Below, piece after piece: positions 36,729 through 45,236 of a DNA stretch of 64,000 bases. The stretch's first letter is position 1; every line of letters starts with the position of its first letter. The notes below the pieces were generated by a model. That model saw nothing but the letters and a program-made list of their open reading frames with translations, was not told the DNA's origin and made no database searches. The translations under genes and the position numbers were made by a program. Origin of the DNA: Candidatus Hebobacterum abditum (GTDB lineage Bacteria > Armatimonadota > Hebobacteria > Hebobacterales > Hebobacteraceae); contig JALGXW010000008.1 in NCBI GenBank assembly GCA_029821875.1, positions 108,713-172,712 on the forward strand. The letters are read 5' to 3'.

Positions 36729-37973
36729 TCAGCTCTCGAAGAGCTGGACGACCTTGTCCAAACTGGCGATGATGTCCACGTTGAAGGGGCACCTCGGCAC
36801 GCAGACGTCGCACTGGTTGCACGCCGACGCCTTGATCTCGAAGCTCTCGTACCAGGCGCGCAGGTCGTCACTACTGGCGCCCCCTTCTGCGAATTCGAGC
36901 AACGTCATCATCGTGCCGATGTCGATGCTCCTCGGGCACGGAAGGCAGTGGTTGCAGCGCGTGCACACGCCCTCGTAGTAAGTTGGGATGGCCTCCACCG
37001 CCGGCTGGTAGTCCCGCTCCTCCGCCGTCGCCTCCAGATAGTGAAGCGTCTGCCGGAGCTCCTCCGCGTTCTTGGCTCCGGGGACAGTCGTGGACACCGG
37101 CTGCGACAGCACGTAGGAGAGGCACTGCGAGGGAGTGATGGAAGTGGGCTTGCCCCTCACATTGAAAAGCGTCCCCCCATGGTATGGCTTCATCGCCACC
37201 AGGCCCACACCGCGGTCGCGGCAGGTCTGGAGCAGAGCGAGAGTTGGCTCGTGATACCGACTGAGGAGGTTGACTCCGAACATGAGAACATCGATCGCGC
37301 CACTCTCCACTGCCTTCGTTGCCGTTGACACATAGTGGCCGCTCATCCCGATACGGCCTACGCGCCCTTGCTCCTTGTAGCGCAGAAGCGTCTCGAGAGA
37401 TGCCGCCCCCCAGTCATCCCACTGCTCCTCCGTATCGATCACCGCGATCATGGCAACGTCCACGTAGTCATTGCCGACTCGCGAGAGGATCTCCTCGAAG
37501 CAGCGCCGCCCTTTGCGGGGATTGCCGTAGTAGGAGGGCCCCCAGTGCGCGGCCAGGATGAGCTTGTCCCGGTGAGGCCTGATCGCCGGCGCGAAGCCGT
37601 CCCAGAAGTCGGCCGCGCCCTGCGGATCATCGTAGAGGACGTCGATGTAATTCAGCCCCGCCGCAACTGCGACGTCCAGGACCTCCTTCATGTTACTCCT
37701 GGACTGCTCGAGGTGTTCCGTTCCCAGCCCTATGGCACTGACCTTCAACCCGGTGCTGCCCAGCTCGCGGTACTCCATCGTCACCTTCGCAGTCTCCTGA
37801 AGATCCCGCGGGGCCGACCCAGAGGCGCCCGCATCGTCTGCCACACTGCTGCCGGGCCCGCGCCGGCCGCAGCCGGCCGCGCTCAGAGTCCCCGCACCCA
37901 GCGCGGCGCCGGCCGCTGCTTGCAGCAGGAACTCCCGCCTGGTGATCCGGCCTCCTGTCTTGCCGCGTCTCAT
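36729..37973 (-). CDS. Tat-exported aldo/keto reductase fused to a C-terminal 2x[4Fe-4S] ferredoxin-like domain
   Basis: Twin-arginine signal RREFLLQAAAGAALGAGTLSAAGC. AKR TIM-barrel (ELGSTGLKVSAIGLGTEHL...). C-terminal CTRCNHCLPCP ... CNQCDVCVPRCP cluster motifs. Start chosen at the Met preceding the Tat motif (37973); the ORF extends to 38144. Confidence 0.65.
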   Translation of the reverse strand: MRRGKTGGRITRREFLLQAAAGAALGAGTLSAAGCGRRGPGSSVADDAGASGSAPRDLQETAKVTMEYRELGSTGLKVSAIGLGTEHLEQSRSNMKEVLDVAVAAGLNYIDVLYDDPQGAADFWDGFAPAIRPHRDKLILAAHWGPSYYGNPRKGRRCFEEILSRVGNDYVDVAMIAVIDTEEQWDDWGAASLETLLRYKEQGRVGRIGMSGHYVSTATKAVESGAIDVLMFGVNLLSRYHEPTLALLQTCRDRGVGLVAMKPYHGGTLFNVRGKPTSITPSQCLSYVLSQPVSTTVPGAKNAEELRQTLHYLEATAEERDYQPAVEAIPTYYEGVCTRCNHCLPCPRSIDIGTMMTLLEFAEGGASSDDLRAWYESFEIKASACNQCDVCVPRCPFNVDIIASLDKVVQLFES

Positions 37974-38146
37974 CTCTATTCCCACTGTGTGAACGGCATG
38001 GCTTTGCGCGGCCGAGGCAATGGGAGCAGCACTTCTGTTGTAGAAGGAAGACTCCTGCCAAGCCTGCCGCGCTGCGCCTTCCGGACACCGCCGGCGCCCC
38101 AAAGGCGGCCAGGGGTGTCGGAGCAACTGCCAACTGAAGCCCATGC

Positions 38147-38203
38147 GCGGGGCAGGAGCTTTGGCTCCTGCCCCGCGAGCGCGAGCACACGTATGTGCTC
38201 GGT
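38147..38203. terminator. Family A hairpin GCGGGGCAGGAGC-TTTG-GCTCCTGCCCCGC followed by a second palindrome GAGCACA-CGTA-TGTGCTC
   Basis: A 13-bp perfect stem, seen directly. It lies about 200 nt downstream of the anti-sigma stop and upstream of the AKR gene. Confidence 0.45.
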
Positions 38204-38381
38204 ACTGAGGAGGTGTGACCCCTCACAGCATCCGTTTGGGCTCGCCTGGTCCGGGGAACTCGGCGTCTTCGACCACTCGGAGATCCCTGGACATTCCAAG
38301 CCCCGGATGAGCTCTGGCGGAGTACGGCCTCCACTGGCTTGTGGGGCGCGACTTCCGTGCCCCGCCGGCTAGCTTTTCTCC

Positions 38382-39818
38382 TTAGTTCTCCGGCAGCTTC
38401 GGCGCGGGGCCGGGCACCCTGATCCAGCCATCCTCGACCACTTCGTCGAACCCATGGCCGTAGACTCGCGCCTTGCCCATGACGTAGTAGCTGTTGCTAC
38501 TCGGCAGGTAGTAGATCTCGATCATGTCTGTGTCGGCGTGTTCGAACCACAATCCCCGATGGTAACCGCTGCACCTGCCATTCGAGATCTTGCCCACGGG
38601 CCTGCCTCCCGCCGCGCGGAATTCTCTGGCCTTGGCTTCGCGTTCGGGGTGCTGCTCCCTGTATCGCTTCTCCCGAGCGTCAGCGCGCGCCCGGGCGGCC
38701 CTCTTCTGCTCCTTCCGCTCTTCGATGGTTACGACCGGGGGCCCCGGCGCCGCGAAGTCCTCATTGGTCACAACGCGTCGGAACTGCCCCCTCACATCTT
38801 CCGCCAACATTCTTCCGAATACGACGTACGTGTTCCGACCTGTGTAGAGCAAGGCCGTGCCATCGTTGTCGACGACCCGGAACCGAAGATTGGGATGGAA
38901 GTCACTGACGGTCGAGGCCTCGGTCGGGCCTCTTCCTGGCGAAAACCTCCAGATAAGGTAGGCGCCCTTAGCTTCCAGCTTCTTGATCGCGGCTTCAACT
39001 TGTTCCCAGTGAGCGGCCGACGCCTGGGAAGGAGGCGCGGTTCGATCAACTACGAGCGCGTCCCCGGGAATGTCGATCTGGAAGACCGAGTCAGGGATCT
39101 CGACATCGTATTCGACTCGCTCCAGCCTGTCTGTAAGCTTGCCAGCGCTATCGTATTCCTCCAGACCGAGGAGGAGATCTGTGTTCGCATCTATGATCAG
39201 GACGCCTCTCGCCGAGCCGCTGCGAGATACCAAGATAGCCTTTTCCGCTTGCCGTCCGTCAGGGAGTTCGGCTGCCTCCCACTTCGTCACCTCCATCCCG
39301 CGCTCAAGCGCCTGGTTGAATAGCCCTCCCCTGAACAGATCGAGGTAGGTCGTACCCTCGTCTAGCGCTATATACTCTTCTGACGGCCTGATTGTCGCGA
39401 TAAGGATGTCATCCGTGGTGCTGAATGTAACAAGTCGGTTGCCGTCGTCCACGACATCCTCTCTTCCCCCGGTCAACATGCGGAACTTCCGCCCTTTGAC
39501 CCAGCCCTCGACCGAGCACTGCTCCCCGGTTACGGGATCCTGCGTCGATCCCACGAAGTGCACGCTCTGCACGTTGGCCATGGCACGCGCCACGGCGGCG
39601 AGCGCGACGGTGTGGCGCCTGGGCAGCAGCCAGAACCCCGATGCCACCAGCACAACCACGAACGCTGCCGCTGCCAACCACCGCGAGGCCCGGATGCCGG
39701 TCCTTCGTCGGACTTGCGCCATCGCCGCCATCGCCCGCGCCTCCAGCTCTGGCCCCGGCACCGACTGGGCGGCCTTGAGTGTCCTCCGGAGATGCCGCTC
39801 CTGCTCCTCAGTCAGCAT
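38382..39818 (-). CDS. Anti-sigma factor with a single TM helix and a large C-terminal extracytoplasmic domain
   Basis: MLTEEQERHLRRTLKAAQSVPGPELEARA... (anti-sigma N-terminal domain), TM WLAAAAFVVVLVASGFWLL, then about 400 aa periplasmic. The start overlaps the sigma-factor stop by 11 nt. Confidence 0.65.
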   Translation of the reverse strand: MLTEEQERHLRRTLKAAQSVPGPELEARAMAAMAQVRRRTGIRASRWLAAAAFVVVLVASGFWLLPRRHTVALAAVARAMANVQSVHFVGSTQDPVTGEQCSVEGWVKGRKFRMLTGGREDVVDDGNRLVTFSTTDDILIATIRPSEEYIALDEGTTYLDLFRGGLFNQALERGMEVTKWEAAELPDGRQAEKAILVSRSGSARGVLIIDANTDLLLGLEEYDSAGKLTDRLERVEYDVEIPDSVFQIDIPGDALVVDRTAPPSQASAAHWEQVEAAIKKLEAKGAYLIWRFSPGRGPTEASTVSDFHPNLRFRVVDNDGTALLYTGRNTYVVFGRMLAEDVRGQFRRVVTNEDFAAPGPPVVTIEERKEQKRAARARADAREKRYREQHPEREAKAREFRAAGGRPVGKISNGRCSGYHRGLWFEHADTDMIEIYYLPSSNSYYVMGKARVYGHGFDEVVEDGWIRVPGPAPKLPEN

Positions 39819-40413
39819 CTCGCACCAGCCTTTCTCGGGCCTTCTGTTTGGCCCGATGCAGAATCGAGTGGACGGCTCGCGCCGAGCGGCCGACGATCTG
39901 ACCGATCTCCTTCTCCGAGAACTCCTGCACATAGTGGAGGCTCAGCACTTCCATCTCGATGTCGGAGAGAGACCTGGCGAGCGCTGCTACTTCGCGCTGC
40001 GCGTCCAGTCGCGCCGCGATGTCGGTCGCCGTGTCCCCTTCGGAGGCCGCTTCGGACACATCTTCGAGCGGCACCTGAGCGGATGGCGGGACCGACTTCC
40101 TTCGGCGCTGTCTGCGCAGCTCGCCCTGGATGTGCCGCCGCGCAATGCCGTAGACCCAGGCAGAGAACGTGGACCTGCGCGGGTTGAAGCGGACGATCCC
40201 CTGCACCGCCGCCGCCAGCGTCTGGACCACGATGTCGTCGGCCAGTCCCCCGTCGCCCCCGAGGCGAGAGGAGGCGAATCCGTGAAGCGGCGCGCCGAAG
40301 CGATGCCAGAGCTGCGCGTGCGAGCGCTCATCCCCCTCGCGCAGGGCCTGCACCAGGTCCCTCTCCGAGTGGACGTCGCTCAGCGATCGCGCCTGATCTG
40401 CCTCAGCCGCCAC
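39808..40413 (-). CDS. ECF (sigma-70 family, group 4) RNA polymerase sigma factor
   Basis: Region 2 (DIVVQTLAAAVQGIVRFNPRRSTFSAWVYGIARRHI) and region 4 (EVLSLHYVQEFSEKEIGQIVGRSARAVHSILHRA). GTG start with GGGAGG upstream. Confidence 0.8.
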   Translation of the reverse strand: MAAEADQARSLSDVHSERDLVQALREGDERSHAQLWHRFGAPLHGFASSRLGGDGGLADDIVVQTLAAAVQGIVRFNPRRSTFSAWVYGIARRHIQGELRRQRRRKSVPPSAQVPLEDVSEAASEGDTATDIAARLDAQREVAALARSLSDIEMEVLSLHYVQEFSEKEIGQIVGRSARAVHSILHRAKQKARERLVRDAD

Positions 40414-40734
40414 TGCCTACCTCCCGCATGCGGGATGACGACACGGCCGTCCACCTACACTTACGCGAATGGGTGGTGAAACGGCGCGCTCGCGGGTCGT
40501 CAGCTGGTTGTTGCTTCGGCGGCCAGGGGCCCTGCCCTACGATACAGTCGCAGGAGAGGCAGACCTTACTTGAGGTAGCCGAGGGCCTCCAGGTGGTCGC
40601 GGGTTCGGTCGCTCATCCCCTCGGAGGGGCGCTCAGGGATGGACGTGCTTCGCCGCGCTCAGGGGAGGACTGATCGTGTGTCGGGGCTGCTAGTCGGGCC
40701 TCGTCTGTACAACGGCGACGCCCTTCGGACCACT

Positions 40735-41139
40735 TCAAGTACGCTGGTCCTCCAGCACCGCCTCGAGGTGAGACTGGCTGAGGAGCCCCATCTTCACCAG
40801 TATGTCTCCGAGGCGGCCGCCGTCCTTGATCTGCTTCTCCAGCGCCTCCTCCAGTTGCGGCTCCGTGATCAGCCGGTACTTCTGGACAAGCAGCTCTCCG
40901 AGGGTGGGGACGGGCCAGCGAACCAGGACACCCGTTGTGGCCGGCGGCTGTTGGCGTGGAGGAGGTCCGACACCGCGGCCCCGAATGTAGAAGCTCGACA
41001 GGACGAGCAGCGCGGCGGCCAGTACCGTGATCGCCCCGATCCACCACCAGGTCGTATCGGCGGCCGTCCAGGCATGCCCGAGGATCACTCCCCCGGTCGC
41101 GCTGAGGAAGAGTCCGAATCCCAGTCGCCGGCGCCGCAT
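40735..41139 (-). CDS. Small membrane-anchored protein with a T2SSE_N/MshEN-like domain (possible c-di-GMP receptor)
   Basis: TM WWWIGAITVLAAALLVLSSF, Pro-rich linker, then LGELLVQKYRLITEPQLEEALEKQIKDGGRLGDILVKMGLLSQSHLEAVL, which matches the N-terminal domain of GspE/MshE ATPases. Confidence 0.55.
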   Translation of the reverse strand: MRRRRLGFGLFLSATGGVILGHAWTAADTTWWWIGAITVLAAALLVLSSFYIRGRGVGPPPRQQPPATTGVLVRWPVPTLGELLVQKYRLITEPQLEEALEKQIKDGGRLGDILVKMGLLSQSHLEAVLEDQRT

Positions 41140-41317
41140 CGCTGCTGCTCCCGATGTCCTCCGAACTCAGTAAGTCTATACCACACCTGGGGGAGTTTCC
41201 GGGCATTTGAGCACGTCAGCAGCCCTCACCCGCTCCTGCTGCCGAGGCCCATTACACGCCCCGCTGCGCAGACGCTCCCTCGCAGGCGCTCAAATGCTCC
41301 GCGCCGAAGAGGGCCGC

Positions 41318-42442
41318 ATGGCCAAAGGACACGTCTACCCAAGCGAAAAGCGCGAGTTCGAGGACGCCGAGACGGGCGCGCAAGTGGTGCAGCTCACCCA
41401 CTGGCGGGGGCACTCCAACCACCTCTACTTCACCACCACCTCCTTCCTGCCGGGCGGCCGGCGGCTCGTCTTCGACGGCGACCGCGACAACCGAGAGAAT
41501 CTGTTCGCGGTGGACCTCGACACCGGCGAGATCGTGCAGCTGACCGATGTCTCCCGGCCCCTCGGCGGGCTGCGCGCCTGCACGAGTCCGGTTCGCCAGG
41601 AGATCTACTTCTTCGAGGGCCGCGACCTGAAGGTCGTTGATGCCGACTCCCTGGAGGAACGGACCATCTACCGCGTCCCCGATGATCGCGTGCCCTCCAT
41701 CCTCACTCCTTCATGTGATGGCCGACTGCTGGCCTTCGCGGAGCGAACCGACTTGGGCTGGGAGATCGGCCCCCAGTACCAGGGCTTCGAGAAGATGCTG
41801 GCCGAGTCGCCGCCGACCACCATTCGCGTAGTGGAGATCGCCACCGGCGAGAACTGGCCCGCGATCGAAGACCCCGCCTGGTGCAGCCACGTCAACTTCT
41901 CGCCAGGCCGGCCGGAGTGGATCTGCTACTGTCACGAGGGGCCGTGGCAGCTGGTGAAGCAGCGCATGTGGATGGTGACCGAGAGCGGCGGCGAGCACTA
42001 CCCGCTCCGCCCCCAGGACGAGAACGACTCGGTCGGCCACGAGTACTGGCTGCGCGATGGCGACCACGTCGCCTTCCACAACTGGCACGAGAAGAAGGGC
42101 CACCTGATGGGGTGGATCAAGTACGACAACACGGGGCTGGTCGAGCTGCCCTTCGCCGCGGGGTCGGGCCACTTCCAGTCGAACTCGGACAACTCCCTCC
42201 AGGTCGGCGACGGCAGCCGGGATGAGCCCTACATCTTGCTGTGGCGGATCGCGGGAGAGGTGGGCGAGGCGCGGAAGCTGGTGCGGCACCAGTCGAGCTT
42301 CCACATCCAGCGCGCCCACCCCCACCCCATCTTCAGCCCGGACGACGACTGGGTCGCCTACACCTCCGACGCCACCGGCTACTGCAATGTCTACCTGGCG
42401 CGGGTGGGAATATGTCGGACAAATCCTACTACGTCTACATAA
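41318..42442 (+). CDS. Oligogalacturonate lyase (Ogl, PL22) family protein
   Basis: MAKGHVYPSEKREFEDAETGAQVVQLTH... matches the Ogl N-terminus; about 375 aa beta-propeller-like. The last ~10 codons overlap the GIY-YIG ORF. Confidence 0.7.
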   Translation: MAKGHVYPSEKREFEDAETGAQVVQLTHWRGHSNHLYFTTTSFLPGGRRLVFDGDRDNRENLFAVDLDTGEIVQLTDVSRPLGGLRACTSPVRQEIYFFEGRDLKVVDADSLEERTIYRVPDDRVPSILTPSCDGRLLAFAERTDLGWEIGPQYQGFEKMLAESPPTTIRVVEIATGENWPAIEDPAWCSHVNFSPGRPEWICYCHEGPWQLVKQRMWMVTESGGEHYPLRPQDENDSVGHEYWLRDGDHVAFHNWHEKKGHLMGWIKYDNTGLVELPFAAGSGHFQSNSDNSLQVGDGSRDEPYILLWRIAGEVGEARKLVRHQSSFHIQRAHPHPIFSPDDDWVAYTSDATGYCNVYLARVGICRTNPTTST

Positions 42443-42702
42443 TGACGAACAACTACGGAACGCTGTACACCGGCGTCACCAGCGACCTGCCGCGTCGTGT
42501 CTGGCAGCACAAGCAAAAGCTCTTGCCTGGGTTCACCAAACGCTACAACCTAACGCGGCTGGTGCACTATGAGGAGACTAACGATGTTACGGGTGCCATT
42601 GCCCGAGAGAAGCAGATCAAGGGATGGGTCCGCGGGAAGAAGGTGGCCCTGATCGAGTCCAGCAATCCGAACTGGACTGACCTGGCGGAGGACTGGTTCT
42701 GA
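42412..42702 (+). CDS. Small GIY-YIG nuclease family protein (COG2827/UPF0213-like)
   Basis: MSDKSYYVYIMTNNYGTLYTGVTSDLPRRVWQHKQ... is the classic GIY-YIG motif. 96 aa. It overlaps the 3' end of the Ogl gene by 31 nt. Confidence 0.75.
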   Translation: MSDKSYYVYIMTNNYGTLYTGVTSDLPRRVWQHKQKLLPGFTKRYNLTRLVHYEETNDVTGAIAREKQIKGWVRGKKVALIESSNPNWTDLAEDWF

Positions 42703-42704
42703 AC

Positions 42705-42905
42705 AGCGGGATTCTTCGCTTCGCTCAGAATGACAGAGTCGCTAGGCCTACAGGTGCGGCACCCTACGTGGAGAGTCCCGCGAATATGGGACAGGCCGCT
42801 GCTCCGCAGCAGTTGCGGTGAGATGCAAAGGTTTGTCTGTTTGGGAGTCGAACCACGCAGTCCCACAAGGAGCTGTCACTCTGAGCGAAGCGAAGAGTCC
42901 CGCCG
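42705..42905. repeat. Family B inverted-repeat element (arms GGGATTCTTCGCTTCGCTCAGAATGACAGAG and CTGTCACTCTGAGCGAAGCGAAGAGTCCCGCC, ~130-bp spacer)
   Basis: Seen directly. The arms are reverse complements of each other. It sits right after the GIY-YIG gene. Confidence 0.6.
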
Positions 42906-43000
42906 TTTGTTCTTGGGCAGGACCCGGGGCCGCATCCGGCAGCGCGTCTCCTGCCCGTCCTACTCGAAACACCGCCAGCCCATCGAAACGCGGACATCAC

Positions 43001-43275
43001 CTACTGCTGGCCAGGTACCACCGTATCGAGATGTACGGCATCAGGAAGAGCAGGAACACGGCCAGCTTGAGCACCGTCATGCCCGCGTAGTTTACACGCA
43101 CGAAGTCGACCTCGTCGATGCCGAAGATTCCTCCATGGACTGCGTACATGCATCCCCGCGCCAACACGTAGATCAACAGCCACAGAATGAGGACGGCATA
43201 GCCGACGACTGCGCTGCGCCAGAGCACTCCTGAGACCGCGTCAAGTGTGACGCGCACACCTTCTGCCCGCTCCAT
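43001..43275 (-). CDS. Small two-TM membrane protein (91 aa), hypothetical
   Basis: MERAEGVRVTLDAVSGVLWRSAVVGYAVLILWLLIYVLARG... Strong RBS GAAGGGGGAG. The longer upstream ORF extension was rejected. Confidence 0.5.
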
Positions 43276-43479
43276 TTCGCTCCCCCTTCCGTTGCGCCGG
43301 GATTCCCCATACCAAGCAGCTTTCGCAGTGCTTCGGTAAGCCTGCGGTTGAAGCCGCGCGCAGTATACACCGCCCCCTGCCTGCCCACAAGGGCATGTAT
43401 ACTTGCTTAGCGATCCGTCTCGCTTAACGCCCGGGCGGGAGGGAGTCTCCTGCCGGTCTCCTCTCACATAGCCGTAGCA

Positions 43480-43507
43480 CTTGACGGACGGTCGCTTGGC
43501 GTGGGAG
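43480..43507 (+). promoter_or_regulatory. Family C 28-bp conserved motif CTTGACGGACGGTCGCTTGGCGTGGGAG (contains a TTGACG -35-like hexamer)
   Basis: Present in three copies (here, 59664-59692 and 60326-60353 on the opposite strand). Each copy is followed within 25-30 nt by a G-rich Shine-Dalgarno and a start codon, or by a hairpin and a membrane-protein gene. Here a 43-codon GTG ORF (43532-43663, single TM) follows. Confidence 0.45.
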
Positions 43508-43722
43508 AGTGGGGGAGGGGAGGTGCGCCCTGTGAACGAGAGCACGCTGAGGGAGATCGGCCGCTACCTCGTCGACCACTGGTACCTTATGCCGCTTGCC
43601 GTGGTTCTCGTCGTGGCGATCGCCGTCGCCTACCACAGGATCACGGAGAAGCTGGGCGCTTAGTCCGCAGGGGGGTCTCATTGTGCGGCCTCCCGCGGTG
43701 GCGTCGACGAAGGAGGCGGCGT

Positions 43723-44337
43723 ATGAGTGACGACAGAGAGAGGCGGAGGGCGGTCTGGCGGAGAGGCACTGAGCTGGGGGCGAGGGTGACAACAGCATTC
43801 CAGGAGGGTGTGATGAGACGCGGGGTGGCGTTGTCGAAGTGGCTGCCGGTCATCATCTGTGTCGCCGGGGCTGCGGCCGCGTTCGGCTATGTGCCGGAGC
43901 GGCAGATCCCGGTGAAGCTCACAGCGACCCCCAAGTCCGACGTGTATGCGGTGGGGGAGAGCATCCTCGTCACGCTGGCCATCGAGAACGGGCTCCGCGA
44001 CGAGATCGGGTTGACGACCTTCTCGCTGGTGCCCAACGACTGGAACGGGGAGACGTATCACTGCAGCGCGGCGGAGATTCATCGCGAAGGCAAACAGGGG
44101 AACCTCTACCTCGCGCGGCCGGAGCTCAAGGTGCCGCGCACCATCTCGGGCCCAAGCGCCCACTACATCAAACCGGGGGAATCGCTGACCATCGAGCTGG
44201 ATCTCAGCAAGTGGCAGCTTCGCGACGGCTGGCTGGCTGGCCGCTACGACGCGAGGTTCAGGGTGGACGAGATCCGCGCGGATAAGTATGTGGTGCTGGC
44301 GGTGAGCTCGGATCCGATCACCTTCGAACTGCGGTGA
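43723..44337 (+). CDS. Hypothetical secreted protein
   Basis: Two candidate starts: ATG 43723 (RBS GAAGGAGG) or ATG 43813 (RBS CAGGAGGG). The latter gives a signal-peptide-like MRRGVALSKWLPVIICVAGAAAAFG. No family recognised. Confidence 0.5.
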   Translation: MSDDRERRRAVWRRGTELGARVTTAFQEGVMRRGVALSKWLPVIICVAGAAAAFGYVPERQIPVKLTATPKSDVYAVGESILVTLAIENGLRDEIGLTTFSLVPNDWNGETYHCSAAEIHREGKQGNLYLARPELKVPRTISGPSAHYIKPGESLTIELDLSKWQLRDGWLAGRYDARFRVDEIRADKYVVLAVSSDPITFELR

Positions 44338-44360
44338 GGCTGGGTCAAGGAGGGGGGAGC

Positions 44361-45137
44361 ATGAGTGAAGGCAGGCGAAGCGCCGGGCCCGTCTGGGTGC
44401 TGTCGATGGCGCGGGGGCTGGGAGTTGGGGCGCTCGGGTTAGTCTTCCTTGGCCTCATAGTCCTCCACGAGGGTCCCGGCTTCTTCTTGGTCGGGGCCGT
44501 TCTGGGGCTGGTCGCGCTAGTCGTCGGGGGGTTGACCGGCCGGCGCCTGAAGAAGCTCCGGGAACAGGAGGAGGAGAGCGCGGGCGATATCGGGCGAACC
44601 GCGGGCGGATTCACCTTGGGCTGTGGCCTGCTGGTGGGGACGCTGCTGCTGCTGGGGTGGCTGCTCCCCTCCCACATCTGGCCCTTTGCCCATCAAGGAC
44701 AGGGGGGCCGCAAGGCGGCCTGCCTGTCGAACGTGAAGAACCTCGCGCTCGCCCTGCAGATGTACCTGGCCGACAACGGCGATGTCTTCCCCGCCGCGGA
44801 CGCGTGGTGCGAGTCGCTGGAGGACTACGTGAAGAACTGGGACGTGTTCCGGTGCCCCTCGGTCCGCGACCGGGACCGCGAGTGTGACTTCGCTTTCAAC
44901 GACGCGCTCGACGGCGCGAGCATGAGCGACCTCGCCGACCCGGCGAGCACGGTGGCGATCTTCGAGAGCGATGTCGGGTGGAACGCGGCGGGCGATGCGA
45001 GCATCCTGCCCGCCGCGCCGAGGCACCTAGAGGGTGACATCTACGGCCGCGCGGACGGCCATGCCCTGTCGGTGAAGCGTGAAGAGCTGTCCCTCGGCCA
45101 GGCCGAGATCGGGTGGTCGTTGAAGGGCGCGGAGTGA
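44361..45137 (+). CDS. DUF1559 (H-X9-DG) domain membrane protein lacking the prepilin N-terminal motif
   Basis: Two N-terminal TM helices, then CLSNVKNLALALQMYLADNGDVFP and C-terminal GRADGHALSV. RBS AAGGAGGGGGGAG. Confidence 0.65.
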   Translation: MSEGRRSAGPVWVLSMARGLGVGALGLVFLGLIVLHEGPGFFLVGAVLGLVALVVGGLTGRRLKKLREQEEESAGDIGRTAGGFTLGCGLLVGTLLLLGWLLPSHIWPFAHQGQGGRKAACLSNVKNLALALQMYLADNGDVFPAADAWCESLEDYVKNWDVFRCPSVRDRDRECDFAFNDALDGASMSDLADPASTVAIFESDVGWNAAGDASILPAAPRHLEGDIYGRADGHALSVKREELSLGQAEIGWSLKGAE

Positions 45138-45152
45138 GAGGCATAGCGCGCA

Positions 45153-45180
45153 GGGGCAGGAGGCACGCTCCTGCCCTACG
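45153..45180. repeat. Family A hairpin GGGGCAGGAGGCACGCTCCTGCCCTACG directly after a stop codon
   Basis: Identical to the copy at 61958-61985 and near-identical to 46247-46273. Confidence 0.6.
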
Positions 45181-45236
45181 AACTGAAGCACCGCCGCGGC
45201 GCGGCCCATCATGTAGAGGATTGGCGCAGGGAGAGA

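Noticed and set aside
43276-43545. Upstream 90-codon extension of the small membrane-protein ORF (MLSFTGRTSPPPLSHAKRPSVKC...)
   Set aside because: The PPLSHAKRPSVKC part is simply the translation of the family C DNA repeat; the same peptide also appears in an unrelated spurious ORF at 59282..59707. The real start with a strong RBS is at 43275.
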